Below, piece by piece: positions 1 through 9,312 of a DNA stretch of 64,000 nucleotides; position 1 is the stretch's first letter; every line of letters starts with the position of its first letter. Origin of the DNA: an uncultured Gemmatimonadota bacterium (GTDB lineage Bacteria > Blakebacterota > Blakebacteria > Blakebacterales > Blakebacteraceae); the NCBI GenBank assembly GCA_964576115.1, contig CAZNUA010000006.1, positions 1 through 64,000 of the forward strand, in the 5' to 3' direction. Below the pieces are notes generated by a model. The model was not told where the DNA came from and did no database searches. It was given only the letters and a program-made list of their open reading frames with translations. The translations under genes and the position numbers were made by a program.

Positions 1-945
1 GGTCAACAAATCGCGTCTCATCCGGGCAATCTCGCGATCTATCCCGCTGCTCTCGCGAACACGACGCTTCGCCTCATCGATCAGCCAGCGTCGTTCCCGT
101 GCCGGGACTGATTCAGGCGGCTGATCGAGTTCCATGCGTCCGAGATACCGCCAGGTGGCATCATAGCGGTGAATGACGGGGTGTCTGCCGTCACTGAGCA
201 GAATGCCCTGCTCGAGCGAGTACGCGGAACACGGGTACCCCGGGAAACGAACCAACCAACCATGCCGGCGGTTCGGCTCACTGGAGATATAGCCCGCGAT
301 CGAGATCGTCACCTGATCGGTCGTGGTGTGAAACAGCGTGTCACAGTCGGCGTTCACGATTGTCGCAGCGGCACACTGGGTGCCGTATTTCGGGTCCTGG
401 TCGTTGAGATGGTTGAGGAGCAGCTGACTGCCACCGCTCAGTCGGAATCGATCGGGAACATCCATCCCGTGGGGGCGGGGTCTTGTCAGGACCTCGATGA
501 CAGAACCGTCGAGGTGCAGGCGGGTGGTGCGACGCATCAGGACATCCTGGATGTGCAGGACATCGTCATGCAGGCCCTGGAAGCCCAGGTGACGGTAGGC
601 CCCCGGACCTCCGCCCTCGCTGCCGAAGCTGCGCACGTACTCGCCCTGGTCGTTGAATACCGCCACCCGGTGGTTCCCCGAGTCGATCACGTAGTAATTG
701 CCATCCGATCCCCGCGTGAACTGCCCCGGTCGGTGGAGGAGTGACTCGGCCTTGGACGGATCCTGATTCAGGCGGAGGACTTCCCGGTACTCGAACAGCG
801 GCTCGAGGTATCCGGGCCCGCCTCTGGTGAGCGCAATACTCAGGCCGTCTTCCTGTACGATGCTGAAGGAATGCTGAGGATTGCCCTGAGGTGCAGGTTG
901 TGCAAAGAAGGTACAGAAAACGAGAAACACGATCGTATCGAGCAT
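1..945 (-). CDS. 6-bladed beta-propeller (NHL-like) secreted protein, 3' end runs off the window
   Basis: Absent from the ORF track because there is no stop in the window. Manual translation from ATG 945 gives MLDTIVFLVFCTFFAQ...TRGGPGYLEPLFEY...DGNYYVIDSGNHRVAVFNDQGEYVRSFGSEGGGPGAY. GGAG precedes the start. It is clearly paralogous to 6794-8047. Confidence 0.8.
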   Translation of the reverse strand, partial: MLDTIVFLVFCTFFAQPAPQGNPQHSFSIVQEDGLSIALTRGGPGYLEPLFEYREVLRLNQDPSKAESLLHRPGQFTRGSDGNYYVIDSGNHRVAVFNDQGEYVRSFGSEGGGPGAYRHLGFQGLHDDVLHIQDVLMRRTTRLHLDGSVIEVLTRPRPHGMDVPDRFRLSGGSQLLLNHLNDQDPKYGTQCAAATIVNADCDTLFHTTTDQVTISIAGYISSEPNRRHGWLVRFPGYPCSAYSLEQGILLSDGRHPVIHRYDATWRYLGRMELDQPPESVPARERRWLIDEAKRRVRESSGIDREIARMRRDLLT

Positions 946-1057
946 GGCACTCTCCCCGGGGAACGACGAATAGAGGCAGGCTCTTGTTTATCTCGGGGGC
1001 ACATGCTTTTGCATGATTATCCGGGTATTGGAGGTGATCGTCCGCCGGCCGGCTGGA

Positions 1058-2104
1058 TCAGGACCGCGGCATCAGTTTCACGATGTGCGGGTAGGGCTGG
1101 TTCCAGAGCATCCAGACGACAAGAGTGCCGTTCTCGAGCCCGACCGTGAATTTGATCGGAGAGGGATACTGCACCTCCGGTGGGGTGGGAAACGAATAGC
1201 TGTGCACGATGTATCCTCTTGTGTCAATTTCAACGAGGCGTTGTCCGACGAGTCTGGTCAAGAGGACAAACAAACGGTCTCCGAGAAACATCGACTGCCG
1301 GGTGATGTTGTAGGGGGGCGGCCGGTCATCGTCGTCGGTCGGCCAGTCCCGCGCCTTGTCCCGGTTCTCGCGGTCGGCCCTGATCACGTCTCTGTCCCGG
1401 ATATGAATGACGCTCTGAGATGTGGGCGTAATGAGCAGAACATCGTTGAACACGCTGTAGGTGTAGCAGCCGATCAATGCGCCCTCTGATCCCACGGTAA
1501 TATGCATGGATCCAAGCCTGTGGATCCTCCTGCCAGCGGGGCCGACCTCTCGATCCGGATGCTCGCCGAATGAAAAGAGCAGTTCACCCTGCGCATTGAA
1601 GGCATGGATGATCTCAGGCCGATGCTCGTCGAACGTAGCCATGTAGAGCGTGTCGTGTATGGCCTGCAGGTGAACTCCCCGGATCACATCTCGGATGAAA
1701 CCATGAGAATACGACCAATTTTCCTGGTCAAAAGCCTGCAGCTTGTTTCGATCCCTCACCCATAAGAGGTGCGTACTCTCATCGAAAGCCGCTTCATCAG
1801 GAAAGGAGAATTCACCCGGACCCTGGCCTTGCCGGCCGACCTGAGCGACCAGTTCTCCTTCCTCATCCACGATCCAGACGACATGCTGCATCCAGTCGAC
1901 GATGGCGACTCTCTGATCGGGCAGTAATTCGAAATCGTTCGGAGTGGCCAGGTAATAGTCGGGATCGTCGCTATCGGGCGGGGGGAATCGCAGGACCTGT
2001 TCCAGTACGATGTCATTGGCCGGCCTGGAGCACGATACAGAGCCTCCCAGGAGACCGGATGCGATCAGGAGACAGACCGGGATGCGAGGAATCGGTGAAC
2101 GCAA
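1058..2104 (-). CDS. 6-bladed beta-propeller protein, probable lipoprotein
   Basis: 348 aa ORF with a TTG start after GAGG, a hydrophobic N-terminus ending SVSC, and the motif GELVAQVGRQGQGPGEF. Confidence 0.8.
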   Translation of the reverse strand: MRSPIPRIPVCLLIASGLLGGSVSCSRPANDIVLEQVLRFPPPDSDDPDYYLATPNDFELLPDQRVAIVDWMQHVVWIVDEEGELVAQVGRQGQGPGEFSFPDEAAFDESTHLLWVRDRNKLQAFDQENWSYSHGFIRDVIRGVHLQAIHDTLYMATFDEHRPEIIHAFNAQGELLFSFGEHPDREVGPAGRRIHRLGSMHITVGSEGALIGCYTYSVFNDVLLITPTSQSVIHIRDRDVIRADRENRDKARDWPTDDDDRPPPYNITRQSMFLGDRLFVLLTRLVGQRLVEIDTRGYIVHSYSFPTPPEVQYPSPIKFTVGLENGTLVVWMLWNQPYPHIVKLMPRS

Positions 2105-2203
2105 TACACGCCTCGTGGGTCATATCCGACAATGGTGGAGCCAGCGGTGACAATACCCGTGAAAACGCCGCTCATCAAGGGCTTCGCGGCTTCGTTCAGA
2201 CCA

Positions 2204-2212
2204 TGCTATACT
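2204..2212 (+). promoter_or_regulatory. Putative extended -10 promoter for the FG-GAP gene
   Basis: TG-c-TATACT lies ~50 nt upstream of ATG 2265. A GGAGG RBS sits at 2255-2259. Confidence 0.45.
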
Positions 2213-2264
2213 AATTGCCGGTACTATTCCGCCTCCCCGCTCTATTCAGCCCCTGGAGGTCGCC

Positions 2265-3590
2265 ATGTTATCCACGGCTGTTCTTCTGCTCGTTGCAACC
2301 TGTTCGACGCCCCTGCCCCAGGCACCCGACACCTCCCTTTTCGCCGAACCCTTCCAGCTGATCGTGCAGGGTTCGCCCCTCGAGGCCGAGCAGGGCTATC
2401 CCGCTCCCCTGCCGGTCGACTTCGACGGCGACGGACTCTTCGACCTGCTGCTGGGCCAGCGCAGCCCGCGCGGTGGCGAACTGCTCATCCATCTCAACCA
2501 GGGTACGCCGGAGCAGCCGGTCTTTTCAGAATCATCACTCTTCGAGGCCGCCGGAGCGCCGGTGCGCATTCCGGTCGGGTGAAACGAGGGCGGATTCGCG
2601 CCACAGTTTGTGGACGCCAACGCTGACGGACGTATAGATATCGTTGCCGGAGTCATCGACGGTATCCAGGTCTGGCCGCAGCTCGAGACCGGCGAGTTCG
2701 GCTATCCCTATCTGTTGATCGATACTTCCTACCTCAATTTCGAGACCTATCAGGTCGAGGATCCCTTCAGAAATCTTAGCGACGGCGGCATCGCCGGTTC
2801 GGTCCGTCCCTGGCTGGCCGACTGGAACAGGGACGGCATTCTGGATGTTCTCTTCGGAGATACGGTCGGGCACGTCTATTTCTATCCCGGCACGGGCGTG
2901 AGTGACGGTCAGCTCAGATTCGGCACCCCTGAACGGCTGACGGTCGCCGGCGAGGAAATCTGCGCCGAGCACGGCATGTCCTCGCCCTGCGTGAACGACT
3001 GGGACGGAGATGGCCGGGATGACCTGCTGCTGGGCTCGCATGTCGGCAGCGTGCTCTTTTTCCGGAACACGAGTGCTGACGGCGTGCCTGTGCTGGCCGA
3101 ACCGGTCGTTCTTGTCCCCAGCGCCGGCGCCCACAGGATCGATCCGCGGCACTTTGAACCGGGTCTGGACCGGGGCCGGAACATCTGGGTCAGCGTCGTC
3201 GATTACAACGGCGACGGCTTATCGGACCTGCTCCTGGGCGCTCATCATGTCACCGAGGCCGAGGAGCGGGAGCTGACCCTGGTGGATCAGGCCCGCCGGG
3301 ACCTGGCCTGGGACCACTACGGCAGGATCGACCTGGAATTCTGGGAACGATACCGTCAGCTGTTCCATCGCGTTCTGCGCCGCCTCAAACTGCCCCGGGA
3401 TGACTGGGGCGAGGACAGGGTCATGGCCCACCATGCCATGGATGAACTCATGCTCGCCGCTCGCGGCGACAGAAAGATGCAGGCCATACTCGAACGCCTG
3501 CGCGATGCGGCTCTGCCCCTGCGGGAATTCAGGGCGTATGGCACCTGGTACGGCCGGGTGTGGGTCTATCTGCGCCGGCCCGGCTCATGA
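2265..3590 (+). CDS. Secreted FG-GAP/VCBS-repeat protein with an in-frame TGA at 2580-2582 (candidate selenoprotein)
   Basis: ORFs 2265-2582 and 2610-3590 are in the same frame, reading ...RIPVG-TGA-NEGGFAPQFVDANADGRID. There is an N-terminal signal/lipobox-like segment (LLLVATC). Five DxDGDG-type repeats are present: DFDGDGLFD, DANADGRID, DWNRDGILD, DWDGDGRDD, DYNGDGLSD. Confidence 0.75.
2598..2617 (+). promoter_or_regulatory. Putative bacterial SECIS hairpin
   Basis: GCG-CCACA-(GTT)-TGTGG-a-CGC forms an 8-bp stem with one bulged A. The loop G is 24 nt after the TGA. Confidence 0.5.
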
Positions 3591-6500
3591 ACCGGGCGGC
3601 GGTCGTTCCAGACGGGCGTTTGTCACGTACGGTTCCAGGCGGATTGCGCGCCGGATGGTCCTGTCCGCCGTCAGATCGGTGACTTCGATCGCGATCAGGT
3701 AGGCTTCGGCCGGTTCGTAGGCCTCAAAGAGAATCCGGTTCTCCTCGGTCGCCCGGGTGCCGATCCCGTCACGCTCGAAAATCAGGCGTACGCTCCCCTC
3801 CTGGCGCTCGGTCCCGATCAGCCGTCCCAGCGCTTCGATGACCGGCGAGGGTGTTTCTCCTCCCACAGCGGTCGTCTCGATGGCCAGCCGGTAGTGATGG
3901 GCGCGGTAGTCGTCGAGCTCGAGACCGTAGATCTCGAGATAGAGATAGAGCGGAGCGTCGTAGTGGAACCGGTCACTGAGAGCCGGGATGATGGTCCGCT
4001 CCCCGCGGGTCAGATAGGTACCCGGAAGCATGTCCCCGCTCTCTTCTCGGGCTCTGATCTCTTCGGCCGCTACCAGGCTCGACAGACGCAGCGGCCCTTC
4101 AACGGCCAGGTCGATGGTATCCCGGCCGGCATAAGCCGGTCCGGCCCCGGGGGGCAGGACTTCCATGGCTCCGAAGAGATGTTCGCCGGTGATCCACTCC
4201 GGTTCGAGTCGAAAGGGTTCGGTGATCAGCGGCAGGGAGCGGTCGGCCATGAACAGCCAGGCGGGCAGAACCAGTTCGCGCCGGGTCAGGGGATTCCAGG
4301 AGTCATCGAGAATGGTCATCTGGGCCGAATAGCCGGTCATGGTATCGCCGAGGGCACCGATGAGGCGCGGTTTGGGAAACTGGGCGTGCAGGTAGAGTTC
4401 GGTCTGGCCGGCCCGGTTTTCGAACCGGTACCAGCGCAGGCCCAGATCGAGTTCCGCGGTATCGATGACCTCGCGGGCTCCGGTCACCCGCGGTGATTCG
4501 GGGACGACTTCGATCAACTCCCGGAAGGACTGCTTGTAGGGCAGGATCCGGTTGCCGGTGAGCATGCCGATCATGAGCGGAATGCGGAAGCCGTCGTAGT
4601 ACCAGTACTCCATCTGCACCAGACCGAAGGAAGACGCCTGGCCATGGATCGAGAACTCGTCCGGGACATCCTGTTCCTCGTACCGGCGGAATAGCCGGCG
4701 GCGTTCGACCTCTTCGGTTGAGAGCGGTTCGCCGAAACGCATGTAGATCCGCCCCCGATCGGTGTCCCAGCCGGCCAGACCGAGCTGGGGGACGGCGTAA
4801 TACCAGGTCACGTGCGCAAAGCGCCGGTACTGTTCCATCAGGCGTTCGTTCAGGTCGGTTCCGAAGAGCGGATCGCGCGAGCGCCAGAAGGTTTCTGGAT
4901 CGACAGCGCGCTCGGTCTGGATCGAGACCCCCCCGGTGAGTTCGAAACCGCCCTCGGACAGCGGCAGGGTCCAGCGGGGATCCCGGGCGATGACACGCAC
5001 CCGGTCGGTCAGACGGGCGATTCCCTGCTCATAATCGGCCATGGCCGCCTCGAGCCAGCCGATGTTCTGATAGGCCAGACCGCGGCCCAGGTAGGCTTCG
5101 GCCGGATGGGCGCCATGCGCGACGAGATAGTCCATGATACGGATCACCTCGACCCACCGGCCGGTCAGCATGTGGTGCAGCCCCAGCCACCAGGTGGCGA
5201 AGGCGTTATCGGGATCGAGCAGCAGGGCGCTGTTCAGATAGGCCAGAGCCTCGGTTTCCTGTTCGGATCTGGAACCGGTCATGCCGGCCAGGGGGGTGCC
5301 CCACCCTCCGGCGCGCCAGCCCAGGTGCCAGATGATCTCGAGGCGCAGTTTGCCTTTCAGGGCGTGGGCATCGGCCACCGATGCCGTTTCGGCCAGGATG
5401 CGGTCCAGGGCACGGTTGCCGTAGCGGTCGAAGGTGCGCTGGAACTGGACTTCGGCCAGGGTGAGAAGATAGCGCAGGTTGTCGGGGTCGAGCCGCAGGG
5501 CGGTGCGGATACTCGTTTCGGCCATCTCTCGTCCGCCCGGCTCGCCCGACTGCATCAGGGCCCGGGCATCCAGATTCCAGGCCTCGCTGTTGGCCCGGTA
5601 CTCCGAGCGCAAGAGCGGCTGCAGGAACTCATGGGCCGCCAGGGGCTCGTCGGCTTCGATCAGAGCCCGGGCGTCAGCCAGCGGTCCGGTATAGATTGAA
5701 TCGGCCGCCTCGGCGGTGAGCCAGCCCCGTCCGGCAAGGAGTTCCGCATCCCCTTCGGCCGACTGCTGCAGTTCCTCGACGATCTCGGCCGGAAGAGTCG
5801 CAGCGGGATCGTAGGGGATGGCGATCTGGTGGGTCAGGTAGAGTGAATCGGCGGCCCCGGCATACATCTTCCGGTCCAGAGCCAGCGCCCGGACCCGCTC
5901 CCGGAAACGCTGGCCGTATCCATACTCGGCCCGCATCCTCGAGGAATCCACCTCGGCCGCAACCAGGTCGAACTCCCCGTTCTCGTCGGCTTCGGTCACT
6001 GTCAGGGGACAGATGGCGGCTGCCAGGCTCTGCCGGATACGGGGTTCGGCCGCTCCGCCGGCACCGAGCAGGGCCTGCAGGGCGTGATGGCCGGGATCGG
6101 CCCGCAGGCGCCAGATGCAGGCAAGGCGCAGTTCGGTGGAGGCGTTCTCGTCGGCGACCCGGGTCGCGAGTTCGGCGCAGTCGGCCGGCGTCAGGTGAGG
6201 CAGGGGTGGGAAGGGATTCGGGCTTTCGTCGTCGAAGACGTGATGCCCCCACCGGTTGCGGGTGAAGATGAAGCAGTAGGCCAACTCGTCCAGCAGGGGG
6301 TGGCCGGAGATTTCGTCGGTGAGGGGAAAGGGAGGTTCATAGAACCAGAGCACCTGGGCGTCTTGCTGCCCCAGCGGGATCTCGCTCGTACGCGTCGGCG
6401 AGCCGTGGAAGACGCGGGGGATGACCCGGTAGTCGGGAGTGATCGTCCACCCCGAGAGCAGCGAATCCCAGACCGCCGTCAGACGGGCTTCGATCAGGTT

Positions 6501-6797
6501 GCGGTATTCGTTCACCCCGTTGCCGGGAAGCGGATCGCGCTCGATCAGGAACGAATCGAGGAGGCTGCGGACCGAGTCCGCCCCCATATGCCAGAATTGA
6601 CTGTAATCATACGCCGGTATCTCGGGATCGGCGTAGTGCAGCAGGGCGCAGAGGCGTCGTTCGTACTCGGGCACGTAGGAGCCGGGCGGAGCCCGGTAGC
6701 GCAGAGTGCAGGCCGTCGATCCCGCAGCTGTGAGCAGCCCGAGCACCAGCAGTGTCCGGCGCCCGCAGGAGTATCTCTGCCGCCGGACCGGGTTCAC
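3585..6797 (-). CDS. GWxTD-domain protein with TPR-like repeats, probable lipoprotein
   Basis: Contains FWRSRDPLFGTDLNE...GWDTDRGRIYMRFGEP and TPR-like helices (ALRLDPDN, ALLLDPDN, AYLGRGLAY). The likely start is GTG 6797, overlapping the upstream TGA, followed by LLVLGLLTAAGSTAC. Confidence 0.8.
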   Translation of the reverse strand: MNPVRRQRYSCGRRTLLVLGLLTAAGSTACTLRYRAPPGSYVPEYERRLCALLHYADPEIPAYDYSQFWHMGADSVRSLLDSFLIERDPLPGNGVNEYRNLIEARLTAVWDSLLSGWTITPDYRVIPRVFHGSPTRTSEIPLGQQDAQVLWFYEPPFPLTDEISGHPLLDELAYCFIFTRNRWGHHVFDDESPNPFPPLPHLTPADCAELATRVADENASTELRLACIWRLRADPGHHALQALLGAGGAAEPRIRQSLAAAICPLTVTEADENGEFDLVAAEVDSSRMRAEYGYGQRFRERVRALALDRKMYAGAADSLYLTHQIAIPYDPAATLPAEIVEELQQSAEGDAELLAGRGWLTAEAADSIYTGPLADARALIEADEPLAAHEFLQPLLRSEYRANSEAWNLDARALMQSGEPGGREMAETSIRTALRLDPDNLRYLLTLAEVQFQRTFDRYGNRALDRILAETASVADAHALKGKLRLEIIWHLGWRAGGWGTPLAGMTGSRSEQETEALAYLNSALLLDPDNAFATWWLGLHHMLTGRWVEVIRIMDYLVAHGAHPAEAYLGRGLAYQNIGWLEAAMADYEQGIARLTDRVRVIARDPRWTLPLSEGGFELTGGVSIQTERAVDPETFWRSRDPLFGTDLNERLMEQYRRFAHVTWYYAVPQLGLAGWDTDRGRIYMRFGEPLSTEEVERRRLFRRYEEQDVPDEFSIHGQASSFGLVQMEYWYYDGFRIPLMIGMLTGNRILPYKQSFRELIEVVPESPRVTGAREVIDTAELDLGLRWYRFENRAGQTELYLHAQFPKPRLIGALGDTMTGYSAQMTILDDSWNPLTRRELVLPAWLFMADRSLPLITEPFRLEPEWITGEHLFGAMEVLPPGAGPAYAGRDTIDLAVEGPLRLSSLVAAEEIRAREESGDMLPGTYLTRGERTIIPALSDRFHYDAPLYLYLEIYGLELDDYRAHHYRLAIETTAVGGETPSPVIEALGRLIGTERQEGSVRLIFERDGIGTRATEENRILFEAYEPAEAYLIAIEVTDLTADRTIRRAIRLEPYVTNARLERPPPGS

Positions 6798-8047
6798 GGG
6801 TAGGTCCAGCCTTCGATTGCAGAAGCGATCGCAAAGGCGACCGGGGCTGAGTCGCCGGTGGCCTGATCGTAGGTGATCAGACAGAGCTTGCCGCCCGACA
6901 GGCGCATTGATCTGTAGAGACCGGTCGGGACCCTGGCAGTGCCCAGGTACTCCCCCTCCGGGGACAGGATGTGGAACCGGCACTGCCCGGTGATCGCTTC
7001 AGTCGTAAAGGAATACACGTCCTGCAGCCAGATGTAGCCGAAATCATCGACCAGGGCCTCGTTCCAGAATCCGATCTCGTCGACGAAAAAGTACAGGGAG
7101 CGATCGATGTCGACGGGTGTTTCTATTCCATGCCGTTCATAGGCCAGCCGCAGACCCGCCTCCAGATCCCGCCAGTAGGCCGCTTTGACCTCCGCGGTCA
7201 CGGGCAGAAGCGGCAGGTCGAGCACGATGTGCAGGGTCAGATCCCCGGAGGTGTCGTGCCAGGTCAGTTCGGGCCGGCGGCCTGAGGTGATCAGGATTCC
7301 CCGGCCGGGAACCGGGAGGGCAATCGCGGAAGGGGAGAAACGCAGCTCCGTGATCCGGCGCCGGTTGTCATCCAGATAGGTGACCTTCGCCTCGGTGACC
7401 CGTTCGGTCATCAGGCAGGATATGGTGTCCCGGGTACCACGTCTGCCGATGAGCACTTCGCGCCAGCGTTGCCGGTACTCGGGCCCGGTGTCCGCGGTCT
7501 GCCGGACGTAGCCGACCAGATCGCCGTCGAGCGGCAGCATCAGCTCCGCCCGCCAGCCGGCCATGCTCCGGCACAGATCGGTCATGGTTCCGTCCGGGTC
7601 GAAAGCGATCGTCCGCTGCGTATCCCGGTCGAAGAGAACCAGTCGACCGTCGATGAAGCCGTGAAGTTCAGCCATCGAGGAGAGTTCGCCCGGTCCCTGC
7701 CCTTCCCGGCTGAAACTGCGCCGGTAGTCACCCCCGGATCCGAAGACCATGATCCGGCAGTGACCGGAGTCGTAGAGGAAGTACTCCCCTTCGGGGCTCT
7801 GGACGAAAGCCCGGGGACTGTAGAAGAGCGATTCCTCCCGCTCCGGATCTTCTTTCAGGGTATCGAGAGGCGTGAAGGTGAGGATGTCGCCGGCATATTT
7901 CGGTCCCCCCCGGGTTTCGGCGACGGGAACCCCCTCCTGACGGGTGACGCGGAAGGTGTGCCCCGGTTCGCCGTCGGGGCGGCTCTGACAGGCCGGCAGG
8001 ACGAGCAGGAGAACAACGGCCGGGATTGCAGGCAGACGGTACGGCAT
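6794..8047 (-). CDS. 6-bladed beta-propeller lipoprotein
   Basis: Lipobox LPAC, the motif YRRSFSREGQGPGEL, C-terminal VDDFGYIW...ILSPEGEYLG, and a GGAGG RBS. Confidence 0.8.
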   Translation of the reverse strand: MPYRLPAIPAVVLLLVLPACQSRPDGEPGHTFRVTRQEGVPVAETRGGPKYAGDILTFTPLDTLKEDPEREESLFYSPRAFVQSPEGEYFLYDSGHCRIMVFGSGGDYRRSFSREGQGPGELSSMAELHGFIDGRLVLFDRDTQRTIAFDPDGTMTDLCRSMAGWRAELMLPLDGDLVGYVRQTADTGPEYRQRWREVLIGRRGTRDTISCLMTERVTEAKVTYLDDNRRRITELRFSPSAIALPVPGRGILITSGRRPELTWHDTSGDLTLHIVLDLPLLPVTAEVKAAYWRDLEAGLRLAYERHGIETPVDIDRSLYFFVDEIGFWNEALVDDFGYIWLQDVYSFTTEAITGQCRFHILSPEGEYLGTARVPTGLYRSMRLSGGKLCLITYDQATGDSAPVAFAIASAIEGWTYP

Positions 8048-8172
8048 AGCGGGTGCCTCCCGATTATAGCGACGGTGCGGTCCGGGATCGTCACGGCATC
8101 AGATCGGGGTGTTGTCTGAATACAGAACGGATGATACCCGCCGGCGTGCAGCCAATTCAACTCCGGTCGGTT

Positions 8173-9150
8173 TCAGGGAATGATACGGGCGGTGCCGCTG
8201 CCGGTTCCGATCCCGACGGTGAGTCCTCCCGTGCCCCGTACGAACGTCTTCTGGCGGTACTCCTGCCCGCTCCGGGTGACGATCTCGGAGTGATCGGCGT
8301 TCCAGGGACAGACGATCCGGCCGTTCGAGAACAGGCAGAACATCGTGAAGGTGCCGGTCGGATCGTTCCCGTTCAGATCGAGCACGGCGTCGCCGCTGCC
8401 CGACGAGAGCGAGAGCGAATACTGCTCACCCGTCGGCAGGTCGACCGTCACATTTCCCGAACCCGATGTGAACGATCCCCCCGCCCAGACAGTGACCTCA
8501 CTGGCGCTGACATTGCCGCTGCCCGAGGTGACGGAGAAGTTGCCCTGCGTTGATTTGACGTTGATCCGGCCGCTGCCCGTTTCGAGCGCGAACTCACCGC
8601 TTGACGATCCGACCGTGATGAGGCCGCTGCCCGACTGAAGAGCGAAGCTGCCCGATGACGAGGCGATCTCGATCCGGCCCGATCCGCTGGCGCCTCTGAA
8701 GGTGCCGCCGGCGTTGTCGATAACGATCTCTCCCGACCCGGACGCACACACGGCCGAAACCGAAACCCTCTCGAAACTGATGTCGCCGCTGCCGGAACTG
8801 ATGAGCAGATCGGGCGAACCGGGCACGGCGATCGTCCAGCGGGACCACCAGCCGGACGTGTTGCGGGTATCGGCGATGAGTTCGCGGATGATCAGGCTCG
8901 AGCCGGTATCGTCGAAATCCGTCGCGAACATCTCGGGGTCGACTTCGCCGACGACCTCGATGTGAATCGAATCACCCGAACCCTGAACGATCTGAACCTC
9001 CCCGATGATCGTTTCGATCTGCAGGCCGTTGCGCAAGGGCAGCGAGTGGGTCATCGCAATCGGTTCGACATCCTTCGGTTGGGTGGGAAAGATGCAGGAT
9101 GAGAGCAGAACGAGGCCGGCAACGGGAAAAATGGGAATAATCTTTCTCAC
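8173..9150 (-). CDS. DUF4097 family beta-strand repeat lipoprotein
   Basis: About 9 repeats of (S/T)GSGxI/V. The likely start is GTG 9150 after AGGAG, followed by lipobox LLSSC. Confidence 0.8.
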   Translation of the reverse strand: MRKIIPIFPVAGLVLLSSCIFPTQPKDVEPIAMTHSLPLRNGLQIETIIGEVQIVQGSGDSIHIEVVGEVDPEMFATDFDDTGSSLIIRELIADTRNTSGWWSRWTIAVPGSPDLLISSGSGDISFERVSVSAVCASGSGEIVIDNAGGTFRGASGSGRIEIASSSGSFALQSGSGLITVGSSSGEFALETGSGRINVKSTQGNFSVTSGSGNVSASEVTVWAGGSFTSGSGNVTVDLPTGEQYSLSLSSGSGDAVLDLNGNDPTGTFTMFCLFSNGRIVCPWNADHSEIVTRSGQEYRQKTFVRGTGGLTVGIGTGSGTARIIP

Positions 9151-9312
9151 GGCACGATCTCCTGTCAGGCGGCGATACGTTTGCTGCGACACGCGGATCC
9201 GGTCGTGTGGAAACCGGTCCTGACCTGCGATACGCACAACGGCGGAACGGAGTTCCAACAATATTGTCATTATGACAGTATTATTGCATCAGGTCACTGC
9301 AGGGATCGTTGC

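Noticed and set aside
169-744. 191 aa plus-strand ORF
   Set aside because: It is antisense to the beta-propeller gene at <1-945, which has family motifs, a signal peptide and an RBS.
2580-2582. Genome-wide UGA reassignment (Trp/Gly) as the explanation for the in-frame TGA
   Set aside because: TGA terminates conserved genes at their expected ends (rpoD, mutS2, hrcA, dnaJ), often in ATGA/GTGA overlaps, and no other gene in the window shows an internal TGA.
8380-8800. Recurring CCGCTGCC-like DNA motifs as a CRISPR or tandem DNA repeat
   Set aside because: They are the coding repeats (SGSG) of the DUF4097 protein and are not identical repeats with unique spacers.
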